From assembly GCA_965203095.1 (NCBI GenBank), contig OZ241877.1, positions 1,632,001-1,696,000 on the forward strand: a stretch of 64,000 nucleotides of DNA, given 5' to 3'. The stretch comes from Bdellovibrionales bacterium (GTDB taxonomy: Bacteria > Bdellovibrionota > Bdellovibrionia > Bdellovibrionales > UBA1609). A program made the position numbers and the translations under genes. The first letter of the stretch is position 1. Every line of letters begins with the position of its first letter. The notes beneath the pieces are model-generated. The model was not told where the DNA came from, made no database searches, and was given only the letters and a program-made list of their open reading frames with translations. Below are positions 41,229 through 50,166 of this stretch, piece after piece.

Positions 41229-42173
41229 ATGATTTTTTTGCAAGCCGGACAAAACCAAATGGATTTGGGTGATCATTTTGAGGATGTGGAAAAAGCACCG
41301 GGATCCGTTTTTATAGCCAAGTCACCGGCTATGAGGTCCATTTATAGGAAAATAGAAGAGATAGCCAGTTCCTCTACTCCTGTTCTTATTTTAGGAGCTG
41401 ATGGGACAGGCCGGAGCACAACAGCCCATGAGATCTTTAATAAAGATATCGAGTCCCATTCATTTAAAAAGCTGTCCTGCCATAAGTTGGACAAAAGCTG
41501 TATTGATGAAAAGTTATTTGGTTCTGAATTTTCAAAAGGTCTTTTGGACTTTGATCGAGGACATACTCTATTTATAAAAGGCTTGGACTGTTGGTCTCCC
41601 ATTTTGCAGAAACGGTTTTTATCCTGGCTTTTAAACCAAAGTCAAAAAGGCCCTCGTTTGATTTTTTCTGCTAAAGAGGATCTATTTGAGGATGTTCAGT
41701 CGGGCCGTTTTTCCAGGGAGCTGTTTGGAGTTTTAAGTCAAAGCCTTTTGGCTCTCCCTTTGCTTTCTGAAAGGACAGAAGGGATTCCCCTATTTATCTC
41801 TTTGTTTAACCGGCAAAATGACTTTAAAGGTCGCCTCAGCTCAAAGGCTTTGCAGGCCATGAAGTTTTATCCTTATGGAGGGAATATTAAAGAGCTGAGT
41901 CATATTTGCTTACAAATGGCTGTTTCATATATGGATAAAGAAATCATTACAGAGGAGGATTTAGCTATGATTCATAAAAAAATAGAAAAACCAGTAGAGG
42001 GCAAGCATATCAAATACAACCCTCATCTGTCTTTAGAGCAGATGGTCAACAGTTATATACAAATGTCTTTAAATCACTTTCAATCAAAAAAGAAAAGTGC
42101 TGAGGCTTTGGGCATTTCTGTAAAAACCATTTACAATAAAATAAAGACAGGTGTTATAGTTTGCTCTGAGTGA
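41229..42173 (+). CDS. Degenerate sigma54-activator-like (AAA+/Fis-HTH) regulator
   Basis: SPAM..I, PVLILGADGTGRS, YPYGGNIKEL, SAEALGISVKTIYNKI; GAFTGA loop and Walker B are absent. Confidence 0.8.
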   Translation: MIFLQAGQNQMDLGDHFEDVEKAPGSVFIAKSPAMRSIYRKIEEIASSSTPVLILGADGTGRSTTAHEIFNKDIESHSFKKLSCHKLDKSCIDEKLFGSEFSKGLLDFDRGHTLFIKGLDCWSPILQKRFLSWLLNQSQKGPRLIFSAKEDLFEDVQSGRFSRELFGVLSQSLLALPLLSERTEGIPLFISLFNRQNDFKGRLSSKALQAMKFYPYGGNIKELSHICLQMAVSYMDKEIITEEDLAMIHKKIEKPVEGKHIKYNPHLSLEQMVNSYIQMSLNHFQSKKKSAEALGISVKTIYNKIKTGVIVCSE

Positions 42174-42212
42174 TATAATGATCAGTTTTTTACGCTCAAC
42201 AAATCTATTTGT

Positions 42213-42275
42213 TAGTGGCCCGTGAAAAACCTTATCCAAAAGCCGGGAGCTTTTGGATAAATTTACGGGAGATTA
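42213..42275. repeat. Mini MITE-family copy D with a different internal hairpin; probable bidirectional terminator
   Basis: TAGTGGCCCGTGAAAAA, then perfect 12-bp stem TTATCCAAAAGC / GCTTTTGGATAA, then degenerate right end TTTACGGGAGATTA; between convergent genes. Confidence 0.65.
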
Positions 42276-42327
42276 TCTCAATCTGCAAATACATATAGCG
42301 AAAGAGAGAGGTTTTTTAAGATGAGAG

Positions 42328-42747
42328 CTAAAATAAACCCTCATCGTCCCCTTCTTCATCATCTAAATCTTCAAGACTGTCAAAAGGATCTTCAAAACTC
42401 ATGTCCCCTTCCTCCTCATCATCTTCATTGGGAGGGTAGTCATTGTCTTTAAAAGATTCGAAACGGCCTTCTTCTTCATCATCCTCAAAATCTTGCTCTT
42501 CGTCTTCAAAGCCCTCATATTGCTCTTTATCTTCTGAAAAATTTTTATCAAAAGCTTTTGGACTGGTGTCAGACAGGCCATGAGATAATAAGTTCTGTCT
42601 CATTTTTGTTTTTTTGGCCTTTGCTTTTTTAGAGCTTTTTTTCTTATAGCTGGGCTTTTTTTTAGCTGTTGCTTTTTTAGAGCTTTTTTTTGGTAAAGGT
42701 TTAATGTTTTTTCTTTTTTTAACTGGTTTTTTAACGGTTTTTTTCAT
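42328..42747 (-). CDS. Low-complexity bipolar protein (Lys-rich N-half, Asp/Glu-rich C-half)
   Basis: Composition of the translation; AAGGAG RBS upstream of the ATG. Confidence 0.7.
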   Translation of the reverse strand: MKKTVKKPVKKRKNIKPLPKKSSKKATAKKKPSYKKKSSKKAKAKKTKMRQNLLSHGLSDTSPKAFDKNFSEDKEQYEGFEDEEQDFEDDEEEGRFESFKDNDYPPNEDDEEEGDMSFEDPFDSLEDLDDEEGDDEGLF

Positions 42748-42777
42748 TTAGGAAACTCCTTACTTTTGGCCCTCAAT

Positions 42778-42912
42778 CAGCCTCCCGTGAAAAAGCTCTG
42801 TAATTTCACAGCAAAGCAAAAACTCTGCGGTGAGTATCCAAAGTGCTCTGCCCCGCACAAGCAGAGCTTTTACTTATGCGATCTCTAAAGACAGACTTTT
42901 CACAGGCCACTA
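42778..42912. mobile_element. MITE/REPIN-like element, copy E (subtype 2, reversed, diverged)
   Basis: CAGCCTCCCGTGAAAAA / TTTTCACAGGCCACTA; CTTTTACTTATGCGAT arm; GAGTATCCAAAGTG is a diverged reverse-complement loop. Confidence 0.7.
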
Positions 42913-43083
42913 ACATTAGAGCCTTGTTTTAAAAAATGAACCAATACCCAGCTCAAAATGCCGGGCAACAGGCTTATTTTTTTGCCCCTGCTAAAAGCTG
43001 TCAAGACTATTTTTCAAAAAAAATGTTTAAGTTTAAAAAAAGGCCAGGTTGACAAAAAAAGCAAAGCTCCACACATTAAATAT

Positions 43084-45666
43084 ATGAGAAAATTACTGGA
43101 AAAAATGACACAAAAAAGCAAAGAGGCTTTTCAGGAGGCGGTTTTAGAGGCTCAAAAAAATCAAAATCCCAGTATAGAGCCGATTCATTTCATTTTAGAG
43201 ATTTTACGCCAAAAAGAGGCTTTGGCCTCTCAAATAGTGGAGCTTTCGCCTCTCAGCAGGGCCGAGTTGATAAAAGATTTGGAGCAAGAAGTCCGTCATC
43301 TTCCCAAAGTCAGTGGTTCTTCCTCCCCTCCCTACCCCTCCAATGAACTGATCCGGCTTTTGTCCGATTCGGAAAAAGAGGCCGAAAAACAAGGGGATAT
43401 TTATATTTCCACAGAGCATTTTGTGTTGGCTTTTTTGTCTTCTTCGCAAAGAGTGGCTAAAAAAATAGCCGAAAGGCAGAATTGGGATCGCCAGGCCTTT
43501 TTAACAGCAATTAAAAAGCTCAAAGGGGGTAAAAAAGTTCAGTCGGCCCATCCGGAAGATCAAATCAATGTTTTAGATAAATACACACGCGATCTCACTC
43601 AACTGGCGGAACAAGGCCAGTTGGACCCTGTAATAGGTAGGGACAGCGAGATCCGCCGGCTGATACAGGTTTTGTCTCGTAGAACAAAAAATAACCCTGT
43701 GCTTATTGGAGAGCCAGGGGTGGGAAAAACCGCCATTGCTGAAGGTTTGGCCCTCCGCATTTTAAAAAAAGATGTTCCGGAAGCTCTTTTTGGCAAGAAG
43801 GTTCTGGCTTTAGATTTGGCTGTAATGATTGCCGGGACTAAATATCGAGGGGAATTTGAAAATCGTATGAAGGCTTTAATCTCTGAGCTGAAAGCCAGTG
43901 AAGGGAGGATTTTTTTATTTATAGATGAGTTGCACACTTTGGTTGGAGCGGGGAAAACCGATGGGGCCATGGATGCCGGACAGATGCTGAAGCCGGCTTT
44001 GGCACGAGGGGAGTTAAGGGCTATTGGTGCCACCACTTTAGATGAATACAGAAAGTTTATTGAGAAGGATAAAGCCTTAGAAAGACGCTTTCAAATTGTT
44101 TTTGTTAAAGAACCGGGGGTGGCGGACTCTCTGACTATACTCCGTGGGCTGAAGGAAAAGTATGAAGCTCATCACGGGGTTCGCATTAAGGATTCGGCCC
44201 TTTTATCAGCGGTCAAATTGTCCCATCGCTACATTTCTGATCGCTTTTTGCCGGACAAGGCTATTGACTTGATAGATGAGGCCGCCAGCCGGTTGAACAT
44301 TGAAATTCACAGTGTTCCCGCCGTTATTGACGAAAATCAAAGGAAGATCATTCATCTTCAGGTGGAAAAAAAGGCTCTGCTTAAGGAAAAAGGCCCGGCG
44401 GAGAAAAAACGATGTTTAGAAATTGAAAAAATTTTAAAAGACTTGAAGGAACAAACAAAAACATTAAAAACTCAGTTAGAAAAAGAAAAAGGATCTATTT
44501 TAAAACTTCGTTCCCTCAAAAGGGAAACGGAATTGATTAAACAGGATATTGAGCGATCGGAACGGGAAGGGGCTTTAGACAAAGCCGCTGAGTTAAAATA
44601 TGGCCGACTTCCCCAAATAAAAAAAGAGCTTTCTGCCCTGGAAGAAAAAGCACGAGATAATTCTTCTCATTCACTTTTGAAGGAAGAAGTGGGGCCGGAG
44701 GAGATTGCTGAAGTGGTTTCTCAATGGACAGGCATTCCCTTAAAAAAAGTTTTGCAAAAGGAAGTGGAAAAACTGCTTTCTATGGAAAAACTTTTGAGGA
44801 AAAGAGTTTTAGGGCAGGATCAGGCTCTGTCTCTTGTAAGTGATTCGATCCGCCGGGCTCGAGCTGAGCTTTCTGATCCGGAAAGCCCTTTGGGCAGTTT
44901 TATCTTTTTAGGTCCTACAGGTGTGGGCAAAACGGAGACAGCGAAAGCTTTAGCAGAATTTCTTTTTGATACAGAAAAAGCTCTCATTCGCTTAGATATG
45001 AGCGAGTATATGGAAAAGCACAGCGTGTCTCGCTTGGTAGGGGCACCGCCAGGCTATGTGGGTTTTGAAGAGGGAGGGCAACTTACGGAAAGGGTCCGGC
45101 GACAACCCTATAGCATTATTCTTCTTGATGAGATAGAGAAGGCCCATCCCGATGTTTTCAATATTCTCTTGCAGGTTTTAGATGATGGTCGGCTAACAGA
45201 CGGGCAGGGGAGAGCTGTGGATTTTAAGAGCACGGCTTTAATTATGACCAGCAATTTAGGTTCTGATATTTTGTCTGATGAAAGCTTAAAAGAGGATGAA
45301 AAACAAACAAAAATCATGGATGTTTTAAAAAAACATTTTCGCCCTGAGTTTTTAAACCGCATAGATGAAGTGGTTATTTATAACTCTTTAGATAAGGAGC
45401 AAATTGAACAGATTGTTAAAATTCATATTCAAAGGGCAGAAGATCGCTTAACAGAGGGGGGAAAGCTGGACTTAGATTCAAAAGCACTTTCTTTTTTATC
45501 TAAAAAAGCTTTTGATCCGGTTTATGGTGCTCGCCCTGTTAAGCGAGCCATTCAAAGGGAGTTGTTAAACCCCTTGGCCCAAAAGCTGTTAAAAGCTGAG
45601 ATTTCAAAAAAATCCAAAATAAAGGTCACAGCCAATGATTTGAGGTTGGAATTTAAAAATAACTGA
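43084..45666 (+). CDS. clpB: ATP-dependent chaperone ClpB
   Basis: Two AAA+ modules (GEPGVGKT, GPTGVGKT), long coiled-coil M domain, GAPPGYVG; start placed at 43084. Confidence 0.96.
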   Translation: MRKLLEKMTQKSKEAFQEAVLEAQKNQNPSIEPIHFILEILRQKEALASQIVELSPLSRAELIKDLEQEVRHLPKVSGSSSPPYPSNELIRLLSDSEKEAEKQGDIYISTEHFVLAFLSSSQRVAKKIAERQNWDRQAFLTAIKKLKGGKKVQSAHPEDQINVLDKYTRDLTQLAEQGQLDPVIGRDSEIRRLIQVLSRRTKNNPVLIGEPGVGKTAIAEGLALRILKKDVPEALFGKKVLALDLAVMIAGTKYRGEFENRMKALISELKASEGRIFLFIDELHTLVGAGKTDGAMDAGQMLKPALARGELRAIGATTLDEYRKFIEKDKALERRFQIVFVKEPGVADSLTILRGLKEKYEAHHGVRIKDSALLSAVKLSHRYISDRFLPDKAIDLIDEAASRLNIEIHSVPAVIDENQRKIIHLQVEKKALLKEKGPAEKKRCLEIEKILKDLKEQTKTLKTQLEKEKGSILKLRSLKRETELIKQDIERSEREGALDKAAELKYGRLPQIKKELSALEEKARDNSSHSLLKEEVGPEEIAEVVSQWTGIPLKKVLQKEVEKLLSMEKLLRKRVLGQDQALSLVSDSIRRARAELSDPESPLGSFIFLGPTGVGKTETAKALAEFLFDTEKALIRLDMSEYMEKHSVSRLVGAPPGYVGFEEGGQLTERVRRQPYSIILLDEIEKAHPDVFNILLQVLDDGRLTDGQGRAVDFKSTALIMTSNLGSDILSDESLKEDEKQTKIMDVLKKHFRPEFLNRIDEVVIYNSLDKEQIEQIVKIHIQRAEDRLTEGGKLDLDSKALSFLSKKAFDPVYGARPVKRAIQRELLNPLAQKLLKAEISKKSKIKVTANDLRLEFKNN

Positions 45667-45677
45667 AGATTTACGCA

Positions 45678-46271
45678 ATGACAAAAAAAGGTTTTTTTGT
45701 GACAGGAACAGGCACAGGGGTGGGGAAAACTCTCGTCTCCCTGGGGCTTTGCCTACATTTTAAAGCGGATTATTGGAAGCCTGTTCAAACAGGTCAGCCC
45801 AGTGATGTGAGTTTTATCCAAAAATTTTTACCAAAATCTCAAATTCACCGCAGTTCAGAAAGTTTTAAAGCCCCTCTCTCCCCCAATCAATCCGCAGAGG
45901 AAGAGGGCCGGAAAATAGATTTAAAAAATATTATTGTTCCTAAAAGCTCTTTTTTAATTGTTGAGGGGATTGGCGGGGTTTATGTTCCTTTAAATAAAAA
46001 GGAAAACCTTATGGATCTGATGCAAAAAATTTCTCTACCTTTAATTGTTGTGGCTCATAGCGGGATAGGAACTCTCAATCACAGCTTACTCACATTGTCA
46101 GTTTTACAAAAAAGACAGCTTGAAGTTGCGGGGGTGATTTTGTCCGGCCCAAAAAACAAAAAAAACAAAAGGGATATAGAACATTATGGGCAAGTTCCCG
46201 TGATTTTAGAAGTCCCCCCTTTGCCTCAAATTACAAAAGCCAAGCTTAAGGCATTGTTTAGTCGCCTGTAA
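45678..46271 (+). CDS. bioD: Dethiobiotin synthase
   Basis: FVTGTGTGVGKT, WKPVQTG, IVEGIGG, GTLNH. Confidence 0.93.
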   Translation: MTKKGFFVTGTGTGVGKTLVSLGLCLHFKADYWKPVQTGQPSDVSFIQKFLPKSQIHRSSESFKAPLSPNQSAEEEGRKIDLKNIIVPKSSFLIVEGIGGVYVPLNKKENLMDLMQKISLPLIVVAHSGIGTLNHSLLTLSVLQKRQLEVAGVILSGPKNKKNKRDIEHYGQVPVILEVPPLPQITKAKLKALFSRL

Positions 46272-46294
46272 AAAATGATTCTGTCAGCGAAATA

Positions 46295-46465
46295 ATGAAC
46301 ATTTACAGGGCTGACTTGAGATGGGCACGATTGAGGGGGACAGACTTGAGAGGGGCTATTTTAAAAAAAGCAGACTTGGCATGGGCTATTATAGACTCAA
46401 AATATCGTGACATGATTATGGCCAGCAGAGCATTGAACACAGACAAGATTAACTGGGTGGATTAA
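46295..46465 (+). pseudogene. 3' fragment of a pentapeptide-repeat gene (cassette 1)
   Basis: 56-aa ORF ...ADLRWARLRGTDLRGAILKKADLAWAIIDSKYRDMIMASRALNTDKINWVD; last ~80 nt nearly identical to the end of the 48360 gene; no signal peptide. Confidence 0.75.
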
Positions 46466-46537
46466 GCTCTGCCCTTTTTGTGAAAAATTTACAATAGACT
46501 TTATTTTCCCGGACAATCCTGCTATAAACCCTACACA
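46466..46537 (+). repeat. Cassette linker/promoter repeat (copies at 48289-48359 and partial 48858-48892)
   Basis: GCTCTGCCCTTT..TGTGAAAAATTTACAA.AGACTTTATTTTCCCGG..ATCCTGCTATAA.CCCTACACA then ATG. Confidence 0.88.
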
Positions 46538-46813
46538 ATGAAAATACTATTAAGCCTTATCCTTTTAATGCACTTGCCGACTTTTGCTAATAACTGCCAT
46601 GATGCTTTTGATCCTGAAACTGAAAAACAGGCAGAATGGAACGAAAAAGAATTTAAGAGAGGATATTGGGCTGGAGTTAAGAAGACATTGGGAGAGGCAA
46701 TAATACTTGGAGCGATATGGGGGGGGAGTAGGGTATTTAATAGGGACAGAGCTACACGATTTTACTTGGGACGCCTTAAAACCAGAAAGCCTAAAACAGG
46801 AAAGGCTACATAA
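46538..46813 (+). CDS. Small secreted protein (cassette 2), possibly frameshifted at a G8 tract
   Basis: Signal MKILLSLILLMHLPTFANNC closely matches the 48360 N-terminus, but the body is unrelated; G8 at 46719-46726. Confidence 0.65.
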   Translation: MKILLSLILLMHLPTFANNCHDAFDPETEKQAEWNEKEFKRGYWAGVKKTLGEAIILGAIWGGSRVFNRDRATRFYLGRLKTRKPKTGKAT

Positions 46814-47095
46814 AGATTAACTGGATAGAATAAGCCTCAGAACCCTCTATTTTTCTCTCTAATCTCTATCTATATCCAAAGCCTCAGCTATCAAATAAGT
46901 CTCAAAAAATTCAGGTTAAAAGACAAAGCCAAAGAGCTTTTTAAAAGCTTTTAGGGAAAGAACTCTTGTTTTCACGAAGTCCAGCTGTTCTGGATTCCTG
47001 CTGTCACAGGAACAACGGTTTCCTGTGTCTAAGAAGCTTTTTAAACAAGCCCATCTCTAAAGTGACAAAACACGGACAAACAAACTAAAAAAGAA

Positions 47096-47287
47096 TCAAG
47101 AACCGTTTTTAAGCTTTTTGATCTCTCGAACAGGTAGGCCCGTCACTTTAGAGATGACAGCCAAATCCAGCTTTTCTCTCAACATATTCCGGATAACTTC
47201 CTCCCGTCCCTCTTGCCGACCTTCTTGCCGACCTTCCTGTCGTCCTTCCCAGCGACCTTCCAGCCGAATTTCCTCTTTTATGTCCAT
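47096..47287 (-). CDS. Predicted intragenic RpnS antitoxin (63 aa)
   Basis: In-frame AAAGGAGG-CTAT-ATG precedes MDIKEEIRLEGRWEGRQ... Confidence 0.7.
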   Translation of the reverse strand: MDIKEEIRLEGRWEGRQEGRQEGRQEGREEVIRNMLREKLDLAVISKVTGLPVREIKKLKNGS

Positions 47288-48067
47288 ATAGCCTCCTTTC
47301 TTTAATAAAGCCTTCTTAATAGCCTCTTCCTCCAACTTGTTCCAAAGCTTAATATTTACCCCCGCCGACCTCAAATACTTGGCCACAGCCAATATCCACT
47401 CATCACGCTTAAAAACCCTAAAAAAAGCAAATAATACCTCCCGCAACTCCCGCTCATTATCCTTTAAAAACCACACACGGTCCAACAACTGTAAAACCCG
47501 ACCCGTCTTAAAACTCCGATCATCAAAAACCCTCTGAACCCTCCTATCCCCTGTATTCAATAACCTCAAACCATAATTTAACATGTTTTTTCTAAAAGAT
47601 CGAGGAATTTTTAAAAAAAACTCTCCTAAAACAACCTCCTGAAAAGACAACTTCCAACTCCAAGGGACTTTTCCGTGATAAAACAAAACAGGAATTACCA
47701 CTATCCTCTGTTGGGACTGCTCATAAAGCTTTGTCTGATACCTTAAAACCTGCTTAAAGAGATTTTTGTCATATTTGGACTTGTGCTCAAACAGGACGAC
47801 TATCCTGATCTGGCTTTTAGGAAAGTTTTTTAGGGGAAAAGACAAAACCAAGTCCATCTGCTTATCTTTAAAAAGGCTTTTTTCTACTTTGAGTTTTGAT
47901 AGATTACAGGCTTTTAACTCCTCTTTAGACAATATCAATCTCACAATCTCCTCAGCAAATTGAGGCTGAGAATAGAATCTTTTAAAAAATTTGTCGTGAT
48001 GATTTCCGGGCTTTAATACCGAAAATTCCCCAAGTTCTTTTTTAGTTTTTTGAGTTTTGATTTTCAT
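47096..48067 (-). CDS. Rpn-family (YhgA-like PD-(D/E)xK) nuclease, long form
   Basis: HDKFFK, MDLV...LFEHKS, PVLFYHG, C-terminal EGRQ repeats and ISKVTGL HTH; AAGGAG RBS. Confidence 0.92.
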   Translation of the reverse strand: MKIKTQKTKKELGEFSVLKPGNHHDKFFKRFYSQPQFAEEIVRLILSKEELKACNLSKLKVEKSLFKDKQMDLVLSFPLKNFPKSQIRIVVLFEHKSKYDKNLFKQVLRYQTKLYEQSQQRIVVIPVLFYHGKVPWSWKLSFQEVVLGEFFLKIPRSFRKNMLNYGLRLLNTGDRRVQRVFDDRSFKTGRVLQLLDRVWFLKDNERELREVLFAFFRVFKRDEWILAVAKYLRSAGVNIKLWNKLEEEAIKKALLKKGGYMDIKEEIRLEGRWEGRQEGRQEGRQEGREEVIRNMLREKLDLAVISKVTGLPVREIKKLKNGS

Positions 48068-48120
48068 TGGTATATTCTCCTTATTAGTTGGTGTTTAACT
48101 TACTGAGAATCCAAAAAAAT

Positions 48121-48149
48121 AGTATAAAGTGCTTTTTATGGAAAAGCAA
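48121..48149 (-). promoter_or_regulatory. Sigma70-like promoter of rpn
   Basis: TTGCTT-N17-TATACT on the minus strand. Confidence 0.6.
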
Positions 48150-48197
48150 GCTATGGCTTAAAGAAATTGAAGAATAATGCAATCTTTTTAACAAGGC

Positions 48198-48263
48198 TTT
48201 TCACAGGCGATTAAGTCGCTCGTGAAAAAGCTCTGTCCGTTATCGCATAAGCAAAAGACCAGC
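48198..48263. repeat. Tail-to-head junction of two truncated MITE-family copies
   Basis: TTTTCACAGGCGATTA abuts AGTCGCTCGTGAAAAA..ATCGCATAAGCAAAAGACCAGC. Confidence 0.7.
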
Positions 48264-48359
48264 TTAAAAGACAAAGCCTCACAATAAAGCTCTGCCCTTT
48301 TGTGTGAAAAATTTACAAAAGACTTTATTTTCCCGGCCATCCTGCTATAACCCTACACA

Positions 48360-48857
48360 ATGAAAATACTATTGAGCCTTATTCTTTTAATAAGCTTGCC
48401 GGCTTTTGCTAACTGCCGGAATGTTTTTGAGCCTGATTTAGAACCCGATAAAAAACAGGTAGAGCTGATTAAAAAAATCAGACAAGGGAAAAAAAACTTG
48501 GCAAGGGCGAACTTGAGAGAGGCGAAATTGGCGGGAGCGGACTTGATATTGGCAAAATTGACAGGGGCAGACTTGAGAAAGGCAGACTTGTCAGAGGCGA
48601 AATTGTCAGGGGCGAAATTGGAGAGGGCGATCTTGCAAGGGGCGAACTTAGAAAGGGCGAGATTGTATGGGGCGAACTTGACAAGGGCAGACTTGACAGA
48701 GGCCGACTTGCAAGGGGCGAACTTGGAAAGGGCGATCTTGACAGAGGTTAAATTGACAGGGGCGGACTTGAAAGGGGCTTTTATAGACTCAAAATATCGT
48801 GACATGATTATGGACAGCGGAGCATTAAACACAGACAAGATTAACTGGGTGGATTGA
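48360..48857 (+). CDS. Secreted pentapeptide-repeat protein (cassette 3)
   Basis: Signal MKILLSLILLISLPAFA; A(D/N/K)Lxx repeats; C-terminal IDSKYRDMIMDSGALNTDKINWVD. Confidence 0.9.
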   Translation: MKILLSLILLISLPAFANCRNVFEPDLEPDKKQVELIKKIRQGKKNLARANLREAKLAGADLILAKLTGADLRKADLSEAKLSGAKLERAILQGANLERARLYGANLTRADLTEADLQGANLERAILTEVKLTGADLKGAFIDSKYRDMIMDSGALNTDKINWVD

Positions 48858-48959
48858 GCTTTTGCCCTTTGTGTGAAAAATTTATAAAAGACGATATTTT
48901 GGATTCTTGCTTTCGCAGGAAAGATGGGCTGAGCTTTTTCATTGGCGAATAAATTAAGC

Positions 48960-49964
48960 TCACTTATAATATTTCAGGATTTTGTTCAGGTCTTTATTTT
49001 GTAGGCGAATGTCCTGTTCTTTATAGTCTATCAGATTTTGCTCAATTCCAGTTTTTTTAAAAAAATTTGCCTGCTCTCTATAATAAATTAAGCCCGTTGC
49101 CAGCTCTTTGTTTTTAGTTGAGTTTTCTAAAATTTGCTGAGCTTTCTCTTTATTTGTAGGATCATGATCTTTTATTTTTAAAAGTGAAATATTTCCACCA
49201 TTAGGTAAAGGAATTTTTTGCTTTACTCCTTCTTTTATTTCTGTTTCCATCGCGGGGCTTTCAACAATAATGTCTATTTCATGTAAGGGTGATTTTTTCT
49301 CCTTCATTGAGCTAAAGCTATGGGGGAAATCCTTTTCGTTTCCATAAGCGACACAGGGGGAAATCACATCGATAAAGGCAAAGCCCTCATAGAGCAGAGC
49401 CAGCTTTAAAAGTTGTGTGAGTTGTTTGTTGTCCCCACTAAAAGATCGAGCTATAAAACCACAACCAGCGGAGAGGGCCAGCAGGCAGAGGTTCATAGCT
49501 TGAAAGGGATTTTCCTTATTTCGCTTTGAGGAACTGCCTTTTTCCGCAGTGGTTGAAAACTGCCCCTTAGTCAAACCATAAACCCCGTTATTCTCCACAA
49601 TATAGATTATAGGGATGTTTTTTCTCACAGTATGCAAAAAGCCACTAAGGCCAATACTTCCAGTGTCCCCATCACCGGATATGCCTAACACTTTGAGCTT
49701 TCGATTAGCGATTTTAACCCCTGTAGCCACAGAGGGCATTCGCCCATGGATGGTATTGAACCCACGGGCCTGTTTTAAAAAATAATTAGGTGTTTTTGAA
49801 GAGCAACCAATCCCTGAAATCTTGGCTATTTGAAAAGGAGGGACAGAGCTTTCATAAAAAGCCTTCACAATGTGACGGCTTATTTGATCGTGCCCACAAC
49901 CTAAGCAAAGAGTGGAGGGAACAGCCCCTTCATATTGTTTTTTATCAAAAATTTTGCTATCCAT
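48960..49964 (-). CDS. 2-oxoacid:ferredoxin oxidoreductase beta subunit
   Basis: STLCLGCGH, SGIGCSSK, HGR, TPP motif GDGD...NNGVYGLTKGQ, SPC. Confidence 0.92.
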   Translation of the reverse strand: MDSKIFDKKQYEGAVPSTLCLGCGHDQISRHIVKAFYESSVPPFQIAKISGIGCSSKTPNYFLKQARGFNTIHGRMPSVATGVKIANRKLKVLGISGDGDTGSIGLSGFLHTVRKNIPIIYIVENNGVYGLTKGQFSTTAEKGSSSKRNKENPFQAMNLCLLALSAGCGFIARSFSGDNKQLTQLLKLALLYEGFAFIDVISPCVAYGNEKDFPHSFSSMKEKKSPLHEIDIIVESPAMETEIKEGVKQKIPLPNGGNISLLKIKDHDPTNKEKAQQILENSTKNKELATGLIYYREQANFFKKTGIEQNLIDYKEQDIRLQNKDLNKILKYYK

Positions 49965-50166
49965 TACTTTTTATGAAGATGTTTCAAGAACCGCTCGTCA
50001 AGAGCCTAAAACCAAGCCCTCCCTGTGTCAAGATTTGATGGCTATGTTTATCTTTATTAAGGTTTTGACTATTTTTGAAAGTTATGTTTTTATAGGCTCA
50101 AACTCTATGGGGCTTTCTTAAGGCAAAAGGAGATTGCCATTTTGTGGGCCATAAGGTGATATATCT

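Noticed and set aside
46295..48857. DGR-type template/variable repeat pair
   Set aside because: No reverse transcriptase in the window, only about five differences, and paralogy explains the similarity.
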